12,889 nt of DNA, from IMG/VR virus record IMGVR_UViG_3300013426_000160, positions 1 through 12,889 of that record; one strand, 5' to 3'. Below the pieces are notes generated by a model that saw nothing but the letters and a program-made list of their open reading frames with translations, did no database searches and had not been told where the DNA came from. Shown piece by piece: positions 1 through 8,687 of the stretch. Position 1 is the first letter of the stretch. Every line of letters begins with the position of its first letter. Source of the DNA: a virus. The translations under genes were made by a program, and so were the position numbers.

Positions 1-248
1 TCCTTAGAATTTGAGATATTGGCAAATGATATTCCATCGCCTTTATTTATGTTGTAATCTCTTGTACTTCTGCCTTTATAAATACTATAATCCACTTCTC
101 CTGTGGACTTTTTATCTAGCTCGTTTACATCTTGTTGCATATTTAGCCAAGCTATACCCTTATATTTCCATTTTTTTTCTGGTTCTCCATGATCTTCTAT
201 TTCTTCATACTCTGATATATATACTTTCGTTAAGTCTCGTAATAACAT
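1..248 (-). CDS. Partial small phage head-tail adaptor/head closure-like protein (3' end outside window); reads MLLRDLTKVYISEYEEIEDHGEPEKKWKYKGIAWLNMQQDVNELDKKSTGEVDYSIYKGRSTRDYNINKGDG...
   Basis: Open frame from ATG at 248-246 with SD AGGAGG upstream. Start overlaps the stop of the upstream gene (TAATG). Position directly downstream of the gp6-like connector gene fits a head closure protein. Confidence 0.7.
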   Translation of the reverse strand, partial: MLLRDLTKVYISEYEEIEDHGEPEKKWKYKGIAWLNMQQDVNELDKKSTGEVDYSIYKGRSTRDYNINKGDGISFANISNSK

Positions 249-553
249 TATCTAATCCTCCTTAATCCTGATTTAATAATATCATTTCTTAACTTATCTA
301 TAATATCTTCAAATGATGTTGAAATAGAGCCCTCATTTCGACTTGTTAAGCCTTCTGCACCTCTTGAAAGGTAAATAGCCTTTGTAGCTTTTTTTATATA
401 TGGAAATAACTTTGCATCATCTTTTTGTCTGTTGGAAATATCAGAGGCAATAGAGCTTACTTCCTCTAATATTTCACTTAGAACTTCTTCATCGTCTTTA
501 TAATTAGCTCCTAAGTCGGCTATTATTTTATCTATATTACTGGTTTCTGCCAT
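248..553 (-). CDS. Phage head-tail connector protein, gp6-like (101 aa)
   Basis: ORF track protein of typical size, composition and gene order immediately downstream of the capsid gene. Confidence 0.7.
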   Translation of the reverse strand: MAETSNIDKIIADLGANYKDDEEVLSEILEEVSSIASDISNRQKDDAKLFPYIKKATKAIYLSRGAEGLTSRNEGSISTSFEDIIDKLRNDIIKSGLRRIR

Positions 554-570
554 TTCTATTGCCTCCTTAA

Positions 571-729
571 TTATTCTTGTGGTAAAAGAGCTACTAAATC
601 TTTCTTTTTAGCATTTTCTTCAAAAGCAATTCCTTTTTCATTTAAAATTGCTTTTATTTCTTCTACTGTTAACTCTTTTTTAGTTTCTTTTACCTCTTTA
701 TTTATTTTTAATCCTATAAATGTTGACAT
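571..729 (-). CDS. Small HeH/LEM or SAP-like protein (52 aa): MSTFIGLKINKEVKETKKELTVEEIKAILNEKGIAFEENAKKKDLVALLPQE
   Basis: Absent from ORF track (too short). SD (CAGGAGG) before the ATG; start overlaps the 3' end of the capsid gene. LTVEEIKAILNEKGI...KKDLVALL pattern resembles HeH/LEM-type helix motifs in phage head-tail modules. Confidence 0.75.
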   Translation of the reverse strand: MSTFIGLKINKEVKETKKELTVEEIKAILNEKGIAFEENAKKKDLVALLPQE

Positions 730-1726
730 TTTTTACCTCCTGATCTTCATATGTGCAGTATACACCTGCTAATTTGTTTTCATATACATGTCCATATAAG
801 TTGTTGTTTCTATATTTAAATACGTTGCTATCTCCATTTTGGTCTTCATCTGGTGTAAAGTATTTAATGAATTGGTCCATAGCTGTAACAACTGCAGATT
901 TTTCAACACATAAGAAATTTATATCTTTTCCACCTTCAATCAATTCATAATAATCTGATGTTGAAGGGTTTCCTGATGGAGAACTTACTTTTGAATAAGT
1001 TCCAGCACTTTCTGTGTAATATGCCTTTCCTGATACTACAGCTGTATCTTTTGACTTAATATATGTGTCTTTTGCTTTTTGGTATCCATAATTTTCTTTT
1101 CCACTGTTTAATGTTACTGCTGTATACATTCTTGTTTGTGGAACTTCAATTATTGTTGCAAATCTTTCTAATACTTTCTTTGATTTTGTTGTATCTAAAT
1201 CATCAATCATTCCTTTTAATGTAGGTGTTATGAATAAGATTCTATTTTCTGTTGAAACTTCATCCTCATCCATTTTATTTGTACATGCTCTTAATGCACT
1301 TACAACTCCTGCACCATCAGAAATTGTTTCTTTCTTTCTTGATATTCCATCTACTCCTGCTATTTTTGCTATTCTTGCTGCATCAGTTTCTGGAACAACT
1401 TTTGTTCTTACAAATTCTCCAGATAATCTTGCGAATGGTAATCCTAATGCTTCTTGATTGTCTAATCTGTCAATTCTTAAATCTTGACTTCTTTCTTTAT
1501 CATATTTTACTGTTTCCCACTTAAAACTTGTTGAACCTTTTGTGTATCCTGAATTTCTGTCAAAGTCTCCTAAACCATCCATATCTAGTTTAGCTACTTT
1601 AATTTCTCCATTTAATCCTTTTTGTACTGTTGTTTCGTCTCCATCTAATATAGATGTTTTTGCTTCATTTTTATATACTTCATCTAGTTTTGGTAAGTAT
1701 ATTGTTGATAATTCAATATTATTCAT
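698..1726 (-). CDS. Major capsid protein (342 aa)
   Basis: Size and position directly downstream of the scaffold-like gene. Sequence style (MNNIELSTIYLPKLDEVYKNEAKTSILD...) matches clostridial phage capsid proteins. Confidence 0.85.
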   Translation of the reverse strand: MNNIELSTIYLPKLDEVYKNEAKTSILDGDETTVQKGLNGEIKVAKLDMDGLGDFDRNSGYTKGSTSFKWETVKYDKERSQDLRIDRLDNQEALGLPFARLSGEFVRTKVVPETDAARIAKIAGVDGISRKKETISDGAGVVSALRACTNKMDEDEVSTENRILFITPTLKGMIDDLDTTKSKKVLERFATIIEVPQTRMYTAVTLNSGKENYGYQKAKDTYIKSKDTAVVSGKAYYTESAGTYSKVSSPSGNPSTSDYYELIEGGKDINFLCVEKSAVVTAMDQFIKYFTPDEDQNGDSNVFKYRNNNLYGHVYENKLAGVYCTYEDQEVKNVNIYRIKNK

Positions 1727-1743
1727 TGTTTATTCTTCCTTTC

Positions 1744-2319
1744 TTACTTTAATCCCATTGCCTTTCTTATTGCTTCATCAGCACTTGACTTATTACCAGA
1801 TGGGTCTGGATTGTATGGTGGCTTTTCTTTTGACCACTCATTTACTGCTTTCTCAACAATTCTGTCTTGAATTGATTTTATAAGCTTTGTCTTTTCTTGT
1901 AATTGCTCTGCTGTCATATTTTCATAATCAAAAAGATTTAAAAATTCTGGGTCAAATGCTGTGTCTTGTGTTGTTGCTATTTTTAGAGCTTCATCTTTTA
2001 AGTCTCTAGCATTTAACTTTCTTTGCATTGCTTCATAATCTTTTTGTTGCTTTTGCAATTGATATTGCAATTTTTGTGTTTCATTCATTTGAGCTAATTT
2101 TTCAGCTTCTGTTTTTTCAGTATCTCTTTCTAACTCCCATTGCTTTCTTGCATTCTCAATAGCAGTTTTATTAGAATTTGATACTCTAGAATCTAAAAAA
2201 GATTGAAGTCCTTTATCAGTTTTTATAAGTTCTTCATAATTTACTTTTTCAGTTCCTTTTTCTGTTCCCTTTGAGTTCTCTGCCTCAGAGTTAACAGTTT
2301 GATTATTTTCTTGTTCCAT
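1744..2319 (-). CDS. Capsid scaffolding protein, DUF4355-like (191 aa)
   Basis: Highly charged coiled-coil protein (ELIKTDKGLQSFLDSRVSNSNKTAIENARKQWE...) immediately before the capsid gene; SD GAGGAGG upstream. Confidence 0.85.
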   Translation of the reverse strand: MEQENNQTVNSEAENSKGTEKGTEKVNYEELIKTDKGLQSFLDSRVSNSNKTAIENARKQWELERDTEKTEAEKLAQMNETQKLQYQLQKQQKDYEAMQRKLNARDLKDEALKIATTQDTAFDPEFLNLFDYENMTAEQLQEKTKLIKSIQDRIVEKAVNEWSKEKPPYNPDPSGNKSSADEAIRKAMGLK

Positions 2320-2417
2320 TTGTTCCTCCTCGCCCCTTTAGTGCTCTGCCTAAAGTTGCTATAAATTATTTTGTTTATTCTATAAAGCCTAACTACAAGT
2401 AAAACGGCATAAAAAAT

Positions 2418-2429
2418 AGACGTACGTCT
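2418..2429 (-). promoter_or_regulatory. 12-bp perfect palindrome AGACGTACGTCT followed by a T-run on the minus strand; possible weak terminator/attenuator or protein-binding site
   Basis: Minus strand reads TAGACGTAGACGTACGTCTATTTTTTA in the gap between the 49-aa ORF and the scaffold gene. Confidence 0.35.
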
Positions 2430-2465
2430 ACGTCTAAAAATTTATAATTATAAAATGTTAATAAC

Positions 2466-2615
2466 TTATTTATTATTTTCGTTCTTTGCTTTCATATATC
2501 CATCAGCAAAATTATATTTAAATACCCATATAACAGGTCTAAATATTGTAATTATAGTCCAATACCAAGTTGGCATTTGTAATTTAATACTTAATATTAG
2601 AACTAATAACCACAT
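2466..2615 (-). CDS. Small single-pass membrane protein (49 aa): MWLLVLILSIKLQMPTWYWTIITIFRPVIWVFKYNFADGYMKAKNENNK
   Basis: Absent from ORF track. Strong SD AAAGGAGG before ATG at 2615-2613; hydrophobic N-terminal half; start lies next to the stop of the 2617-2862 gene. Confidence 0.65.
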   Translation of the reverse strand: MWLLVLILSIKLQMPTWYWTIITIFRPVIWVFKYNFADGYMKAKNENNK

Positions 2616-2616
2616 A

Positions 2617-2862
2617 TTATTTTTCCTCCTTTAAGAAAACTTTTTTCATTCCTTCAAAATCTTTTGAAATAAAAAATCTTTCTATCTCTATTACAGGTTT
2701 TTCACTTACTTTCTGTGTAAATTTCACTTCGGTTACAAATTCTATTTTATTTTCATTTATGAATATATCAGTTATTCCACCGTTGCTTTTTATTTCTAAC
2801 GTGTCGCCTTCTTCTATAATATATTTTTCCATTACTTTTAGTGGCTTTTTTTCTTGCATCAT
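2617..2862 (-). CDS. Hypothetical phage protein (81 aa)
   Basis: ORF in operon context on the coding strand. Confidence 0.6.
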   Translation of the reverse strand: MMQEKKPLKVMEKYIIEEGDTLEIKSNGGITDIFINENKIEFVTEVKFTQKVSEKPVIEIERFFISKDFEGMKKVFLKEEK

Positions 2863-2886
2863 TTTTTAACCTTCTTTCCATAATAA

Positions 2887-2912
2887 AAGCACCTACTTTT
2901 TAGTAAGTGCTT
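2887..2912 (-). terminator. Hairpin AAGCACTTAC-taaaaa-GTAGGTGCTT followed by TTATTAT; possible intrinsic terminator with a weak U-tract
   Basis: 10-bp stem with one G-U on the minus strand, which would be C-A on the plus strand. Overlaps the stop codon of the YjcQ-like gene. Confidence 0.5.
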
Positions 2913-3237
2913 ATGGTTTAATATTTCCTATAATTTCAGTTGTACCTTTCAACATGTTCGCAACCTTCTTCATTATAGAATTTTCTTTTAAATATTCTAG
3001 TCCTTTCAATGTGATTTCAAAATTAATTAATCCTGTATAGTCAAGTGTTTGGATTAATTTTCCTTTTATATATCCTTCTTCATACAACATTAATAATATT
3101 TTATTATATCTTTCTTTTGAAATTTCATCCTGCATTGTTTTATAAATGTTCCCACTGTCAAATTCTTCATAATCCATTGCTTTTTCTAACATTGATAAAA
3201 TTTTATATATTATTTTAAAATCATTATTTGTACTCAT
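2911..3237 (-). CDS. YjcQ-family-like winged-helix protein (108 aa)
   Basis: FKIIYKILSMLEKAMDYEEFDSGNIYKTMQDEISKERYNKILLMLYEEGYIKG...TLKGLEYLKENSIMKKVANMLKG resembles YjcQ proteins. Confidence 0.7.
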   Translation of the reverse strand: MSTNNDFKIIYKILSMLEKAMDYEEFDSGNIYKTMQDEISKERYNKILLMLYEEGYIKGKLIQTLDYTGLINFEITLKGLEYLKENSIMKKVANMLKGTTEIIGNIKP

Positions 3238-3431
3238 TTTCGTTTTTCCTTTCTTATTTGAACTGGACTTTGTATGCTATCATATTTATTAGTTAATTCT
3301 TCTATTTTTGCTTTTATTCTCTTATCTATTTTATTAATGTCAAATCCATTAGGATATATCTTCATTAATTCTTTGTCTAAATCAATAATATATTCTTTTT
3401 TTAACAAATCTTGAATTTGTTTTTCTGTCAT
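3234..3431 (-). CDS. Hypothetical phage protein (65 aa)
   Basis: Start/stop overlaps with both neighbours (ATGA-type coupling). Confidence 0.6.
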   Translation of the reverse strand: MTEKQIQDLLKKEYIIDLDKELMKIYPNGFDINKIDKRIKAKIEELTNKYDSIQSPVQIRKEKRK

Positions 3432-4982
3432 TTTAAGACCTCCTTGATATAATTATACAAATCTATATCTTTTCTTTTTAATAACTTATTTTTTTCAAAA
3501 TAGCATCTAAATCCTTCAGAAAAATATTCTCCTAAGGTTTTAGGATTAAATGTAAAGTCTAAATAATTTAATTTGTAATTTCCATCTATATCTTGTTCAT
3601 ACACTCTTCTTTGATACTCTGAAATGAATTTGTTTCCATCTAACCAAAACTCATATTCTTTTCCATATCCATTTATATTGTCCGTATGTATTTCTTTAAT
3701 ATTTAAACCATTTTGTTGTATTTCTATGTATTTTTTATCATGTAATAGATCTAGTTTTGTTTCTATCACATGTCCAATTTCATGCAATATTTCATATTCG
3801 TTACTATCATTTAATAAATGTATTATATTATTTTTTCTATCATAATAACTATTATTTTTTGATATTTCAAAGGTCGTATCATTTATAAGTTTTTGAATTT
3901 TCGTTGGCAACTTGCTTATTGCTTTCTTTATATTACTATCTAGATTTTTACTATTAGTATAATCGTTTTTTCTTATATAATCAACATTATTATACTCTGT
4001 TTTTTCTTGTTTTTCAACTGGTGCCACATATCTTATAGTACTCCTGCACCAATGCCAATAGTACATTATTGGAGGTAAATTAATACCTGGTACTAACCCT
4101 TTTACCCTAACTGGCATAAGTTTAATATCTTTCTTGCTGTTTCCCCAATATCTATCAAACTTATTCTCTTTATTAATATAAAATCTCATCATATTCATTG
4201 ATTGACACATCTCAGTACTATGTTCATCAGTTACTGCCCAAAATTCAACTTGTGCATTATCATCTGCATTTAATTTTATTCCTTGTACTTTTGCTAAATT
4301 GTTTAGTCCTATCGCTTGCAAATCCGCTACACCTGAGATTTTATCATTATTTATATTAAGTTTTTGATTGTTTTGTCTGTTTATTATTGTTTGAAACTCA
4401 CTAGAATCGATTTCTAGGTCTTTTTGTTGTTGCATGTTTAGAATTGCTTGTTTATATATTTGTTGTGCATTATATTGCATTGTTGTTTCAATGTATTGTT
4501 TCCAAGTTAGTCCACTATAATTTGGTTGGTCTAATAATGCAAGAAATAAAGCCATCGCTAATATTGATGGCTTTTTCTTTTTATTGACTTCTTGTTGACC
4601 TTGTTCATAATAATAATTTGCATCTTCATACATTATTTGTTTTTCTTGTTCTTCAAGTTTGCTTTGTTCCTCTATATATACACTATAAATGAGCAATTCT
4701 AGTATTTCACTATTCTTTACTCTTGTTCGATTGTAAATATTATTTGCTAATACACTAAAATAATTATTGTTTTTTAGTAGTCCTTGTTCTTTCCAACCGC
4801 TCTATATATGTATTTATTCTTTTTTTAGTCTTATTGTCTGCTATATCATATATATTTTCTGATGTAAAGTTAAATGTATCAAATAATTCTTGTAATTTGT
4901 TTTGAGTTTGTTTTGATGTTTTATTATATAGTTGTTTTAATTGTTTCATATAGTTATCGTGTTGTTCCCACATATAAAACAC
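3428..4982 (-). pseudogene. Minor head protein (SPP1 gp7/MuF-like) with C-terminal HEIGH metallopeptidase-like domain; reading frame apparently split by compensating frameshifts near 4791 and 4737 (ORF pieces 4764..4982 and 3428..4696)
   Basis: The two ORFs plus the frame between them (WKEQGLLKNNNYFSVLAN) join into one continuous gp7-like N-terminus ending RTRVKNSEILELLIYSVYIEEQSKLEE. The 4696 ORF begins only at a TTG with no SD. Could be real disruption or sequencing/assembly error. Confidence 0.7.
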
Positions 4983-4984
4983 CT

Positions 4985-6607
4985 CTATTCTTCTTTATTG
5001 ATTTGTTTATTAACTACTTTAGTTTGCTCTTTCTTGTTATCTACTGTTAATTTTTGTGCTTTTTGTGTGTCTGTTAAATCTGTTACTTTGTCATTTTGAT
5101 TATTATTTTCTTTACTGTCTTGTTCTGTCTCTTTCTGTCCAAGCATTTGCATTTGTTCTAAGTTTTTCTGTATATTTTCTTGATTTTGTTTGTCTACTTT
5201 TTCTAGTTCTGAATTACTATCTAAGTCATCTGGTAACATATCAATTATACTTGCATCGCTTAACAATCCTCTTAATTTTAATGCTCTTGTGGTTTCTGTA
5301 TCCTTATCTGTTGGTAGATTTCTTTGTAAATCTATTTTTATGCTTCTAAAATCATAGGATTTGTGTTTTCTTTTATTTATTCTGTCTATAATTGTTTCCC
5401 ATCTTCTTAATATAGCCTGTTTAAAGTGTTTGTCTGCATCTGTTATCATTTGCTCTAATGCAAAGAATTTTCTATCTAATGCACTAGCATTATCTGCATT
5501 TGTAAATCCTAAATCTGTTATGTTAGGTACTCCACTGATCATGGCTATTAAGTCTATTAATGTCTTTTTATGATTTTCTAGTGCTGTATCTTGTACTGAT
5601 TTTTCAACCCAAGCAATATCTCCTGAATTGTCTGGTGTATAGAACACTTGCATTTTTAATAGTGCTTTATCTTCCTCTTCTCTTGCCTTATTAACTACTT
5701 GCTTAGGCTGTCCATTTTCATCTAATTCTGGATTGCCATCTTTATCTAATTTTGTCGTCATTAATTCGTTTTGTGGGGTAAAACCTGTTATCTTTAGTTT
5801 AGCATCGTCATTATATTGAAATGTATTTCTACTATTTTGTATTACTCTTTCATAAGCACAAATTAAAGAGACTACCAATTCAAAACTTGATAATCCCATT
5901 TCATTTTCTATTGCTATGCAAGGAAGCATATTCCATTTACTTTTTTCAAATTTTTCTTTATTTTCTTGTAATTTTGCATAATCATTTGGTGTTGGAGAAT
6001 AATATCTTTTACCATTTATTGTTGTTAATTCAACTATTGTTATGTCAGCACCATTTTTATCCCTTTCAGTCCACTTTCTTAGTTGCCCTATTTGTTTTAC
6101 TGGTGTTGAATAATCAAATATTCCTATTGTATTCAATGCACTTTGTTTTGTATATACTATTTCATTATCTTCATTTTCATATAATACTTCGTAGCACCCT
6201 CTCATACCAAAATAATCAAATGTTAAATCAAAAAATTCTGTTGTATCATCATTATATTTACTTATATAATCTATTAATGCTTTTAGTTCTTCATCTTTAT
6301 TTGCATCTGTATTAAAAACTTTATTAAGTAATTTCTTGATTATATTCAATTTTGTTGGGTCTGATATTTTTTCAACATCATATACTGGTGCTTTTCCTGC
6401 AAAATACCCTGTTACCATTGAATTAATATAATTTTCAAATGCGACTTTTATTTTATTATCATCTAAACTTACTAGCTCTGAATAATCTGCTTTTCTTCTT
6501 ATTCTTTCATATAGTTGTTTTCTTGCATTCCATTCTTTATCTGCTAACATTAATATTTGTGCTACACTATTTTCATTTTCTAATGTTTCTGGATTCCACT
6601 GTATCAT
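4985..6607 (-). CDS. Phage portal protein, SPP1 gp6-like (540 aa)
   Basis: Size, position between TerL and the minor head protein, and motifs such as NTIGIFDYSTPVKQIGQLRKW and ISGVPNITDLGFTNADNASALDRKFFALEQMITDADKHF. Confidence 0.93.
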   Translation of the reverse strand: MIQWNPETLENENSVAQILMLADKEWNARKQLYERIRRKADYSELVSLDDNKIKVAFENYINSMVTGYFAGKAPVYDVEKISDPTKLNIIKKLLNKVFNTDANKDEELKALIDYISKYNDDTTEFFDLTFDYFGMRGCYEVLYENEDNEIVYTKQSALNTIGIFDYSTPVKQIGQLRKWTERDKNGADITIVELTTINGKRYYSPTPNDYAKLQENKEKFEKSKWNMLPCIAIENEMGLSSFELVVSLICAYERVIQNSRNTFQYNDDAKLKITGFTPQNELMTTKLDKDGNPELDENGQPKQVVNKAREEEDKALLKMQVFYTPDNSGDIAWVEKSVQDTALENHKKTLIDLIAMISGVPNITDLGFTNADNASALDRKFFALEQMITDADKHFKQAILRRWETIIDRINKRKHKSYDFRSIKIDLQRNLPTDKDTETTRALKLRGLLSDASIIDMLPDDLDSNSELEKVDKQNQENIQKNLEQMQMLGQKETEQDSKENNNQNDKVTDLTDTQKAQKLTVDNKKEQTKVVNKQINKEE

Positions 6608-6618
6608 TTTATTTCCTC

Positions 6619-8007
6619 CTATATTGGTTTTATATAACCGAATTGTATTGTATTTGGTCTTGGGTGTTCATAAACTCCAGTTAAGCAATCTTCAGCATCA
6701 TCATGTTCGTTTTTCCCAGTTCTCACATAATGTTTTAAATGTCTAGCAAATTCTGGCCATCTATCTTCCCAGTTTATTGGGAAATAAATATTATTCATTA
6801 CTCCAGTCGAATTACTTAATATTCTTGCAATTTTATTTTCGCCTTGATGAAACCAATTTACTTTTGTGTGAGTATTTTTCAACTGCTTCAATTCTTTTTG
6901 AACGTTCCTTGCAAACCCTCGTCCACCATTGTTACTTTCTATATTTGCATTTCCAACATTATCTTTAGTTAGCATTTTTGCCACTGCTGGTTCTGTTACT
7001 TCCATTGGTTCTTGTGTAAAAATAACATCTAAAATATAGTATTCGTTATTATACATTTGATAATCTATTGAGCACAAATAATCATCACCTTCGTCTGCAG
7101 TATCTGTATAATTCATAACATAATGTGCTGGTGGTAATTTTTCATAAGTTTTAAACGATGTATATAATCTATTTTTTACATCTATTGGTTCTTGCTGATA
7201 ATTAGCATAAACAATATCTTTATTCATATTTTTGGTTTTAAACTCATAGTCTTCTTTGCTTAATACATCTTCACACAACATTGAGCCATCTTCTTGGACT
7301 GCTTTGTAATTTATATGTCTTACATTAGAATAATTTTCTAATATATATCCTGCTAAATCATTACTAGACCATCTTGTCATAATAATTATTAATTTAAATC
7401 CATTTTCAGTTCTTGATAGCATTGTATTATTAAACCAGTCTATATGATTTTTTAATGTGTTTTCGTTATAAGCTTCTTTTGCATTTTTTATAAGGTCATC
7501 TATTATCATTATTGTACAACCAAAACCTGTTGCTGTACCTGTTGGTGATGTTGCTAAATAATTTGATACTTTACTACCAGCCAATGCCCACTTTTTTTGT
7601 GTAGCTTCACCATCTTTAATCCTGGTATTAGGAAATATATCATTATATACAATTACACCTTCTGTTTTTTCAGAGGCTATTGTGTCTCTTACCGATTTTG
7701 CAAATGAGCTTGACAAATCTTCGTTGTATGATCCTGTCATTATTTTTTCATTTGGATTTGTTCCTAATACCCATTCTACAAATTTTCCAGCAGTTCTGGA
7801 TTTTCCATGTCTTGGTGGCATATTAATTACACATACTTTTTCATCGCTCTTATAAATATCTTTTAATTGATAGCATAAATCTTTTAAAAAACCTCGTTCT
7901 TCTTTATAAAAATCAGATGCAGTTAATTTACAATACTCAAAAAAATCACGTCTAGCTAATTCTAAACGTGCTTGTTTTTTTAATTCTTCTCTTATATCAT
8001 TATTCAT
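6619..8007 (-). CDS. terL: Phage terminase large subunit (462 aa)
   Basis: Walker A-like PPRHGKS, Walker B-like CTIMIIDDLIKN, coupling region ITRWSSNDLAGYIL, nuclease-type acidic residues. Confidence 0.96.
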   Translation of the reverse strand: MNNDIREELKKQARLELARRDFFEYCKLTASDFYKEERGFLKDLCYQLKDIYKSDEKVCVINMPPRHGKSRTAGKFVEWVLGTNPNEKIMTGSYNEDLSSSFAKSVRDTIASEKTEGVIVYNDIFPNTRIKDGEATQKKWALAGSKVSNYLATSPTGTATGFGCTIMIIDDLIKNAKEAYNENTLKNHIDWFNNTMLSRTENGFKLIIIMTRWSSNDLAGYILENYSNVRHINYKAVQEDGSMLCEDVLSKEDYEFKTKNMNKDIVYANYQQEPIDVKNRLYTSFKTYEKLPPAHYVMNYTDTADEGDDYLCSIDYQMYNNEYYILDVIFTQEPMEVTEPAVAKMLTKDNVGNANIESNNGGRGFARNVQKELKQLKNTHTKVNWFHQGENKIARILSNSTGVMNNIYFPINWEDRWPEFARHLKHYVRTGKNEHDDAEDCLTGVYEHPRPNTIQFGYIKPI

Positions 8008-8341
8008 TTAATATCTTTCTTAACTCTTCTGTTGACATTCCTGAGAATGGATTATTAACTTCTCCAGATATATTGACTTTGTCTTGTGGTTTTTCTCCTA
8101 TTGTATCTCTAATGGTTTCAAATGCTTTAACATTTCCACTTAAAGCTTCTTGTATAAGTGAAAAACTTATTTTTTCTTGTATTGTTTTATTTTCTACTTT
8201 AGTTTCTAGCAATACTAACAGCTCTTCTCTTAATGTTTTTCTTTGTGCTCGTGCTTCTCCAGATTTTATTCCACCATTTCTTCCTCTTTCTCTTGCTTCT
8301 CTCTTGGTTCGAATAGGTTTTAAATTCTTTTCGTTTGCCAT
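8000..8341 (-). CDS. terS: Phage terminase small subunit (113 aa)
   Basis: KREARERGRNGGIKSGEARAQRKTLREELLVLLE... N-terminus typical of TerS; overlaps the TerL start. Confidence 0.85.
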   Translation of the reverse strand: MANEKNLKPIRTKREARERGRNGGIKSGEARAQRKTLREELLVLLETKVENKTIQEKISFSLIQEALSGNVKAFETIRDTIGEKPQDKVNISGEVNNPFSGMSTEELRKILNE

Positions 8342-8378
8342 ATTATCACCTTCTACTCTTTACAGAACCCTTTTATTT

Positions 8379-8501
8379 TTATTTGTTTTTCTTTTCTAAA
8401 GTGCACTTATCATTATCTGTTTTTATTTCTACATAAATAGATTTGTAGTTTATATTTTCAATTAAATTACTTATTCTATTTAATACTGTACTTTCTTTCA
8501 C
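8379..8501 (-). CDS. Possible small protein (40 aa) starting at GTG 8501; the ORF track extension to 8588 begins at another GTG
   Basis: AGGAG followed 7 nt later by GTG AAA GAA AGT on the minus strand gives the better start (VKESTVLNRISNLIENINYKSIYVEIKTDNDKCTLEKKNK). Confidence 0.4.
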   Translation of the reverse strand: MKESTVLNRISNLIENINYKSIYVEIKTDNDKCTLEKKNK

Positions 8502-8612
8502 TTTTACACTCCTATAATAGAATGCATCGTTCTGTGATTTTTCAAAAAGTCTTTTGCACTTCAGTATGTTAAACCTTTTTCTTTGCACTTTTTTATATAA
8601 TCTTATGTTTAA

Positions 8613-8687
8613 TGGAGCTTTCTGTAAGACTTGAACTTACTATTACGCTTTACAAGAGCGTTGTTTTGCCAGTTAAACTAAGAAAGC
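8613..8687 (-). tRNA. tRNA-Thr(UGU) with encoded CCA: GCTTTCTTAGTTTAACTGGCAAAACAACGCTCTTGTAAAGCGTAATAGTAAGTTCAAGTCTTACAGAAAGCTCCA
   Basis: Perfect 7-bp acceptor (GCTTTCT/AGAAAGC), 4-bp D stem, 5-bp anticodon stem ACGCT/AGCGT with 7-nt loop CTTGTAA, 5-bp T stem GTAAG/CTTAC with loop TTCAAGT, discriminator T plus CCA. Confidence 0.95.

Noticed and set aside
11-265. Plus-strand ORFs in the track (11..265, 753..950, 1230..1457, 1252..1524, 1542..1883, 3624..3845, 5056..5349, 5361..5573, 5821..6315, 6439..6684, 6777..6968, 7968..8399, 8825..9076, 10661..10948, 11197..11508)
   Set aside because: Nearly all lie antisense to well-supported minus-strand phage genes and have low-complexity Leu/Phe/Ser-rich compositions typical of the antisense of AT-rich coding DNA.
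4985-8341. Non-phage or defence-system content hidden in the portal/terminase block
   Set aside because: The ORFs are standard SPP1-like portal and TerL/TerS with expected motifs and order; nothing unexplained remains between them.
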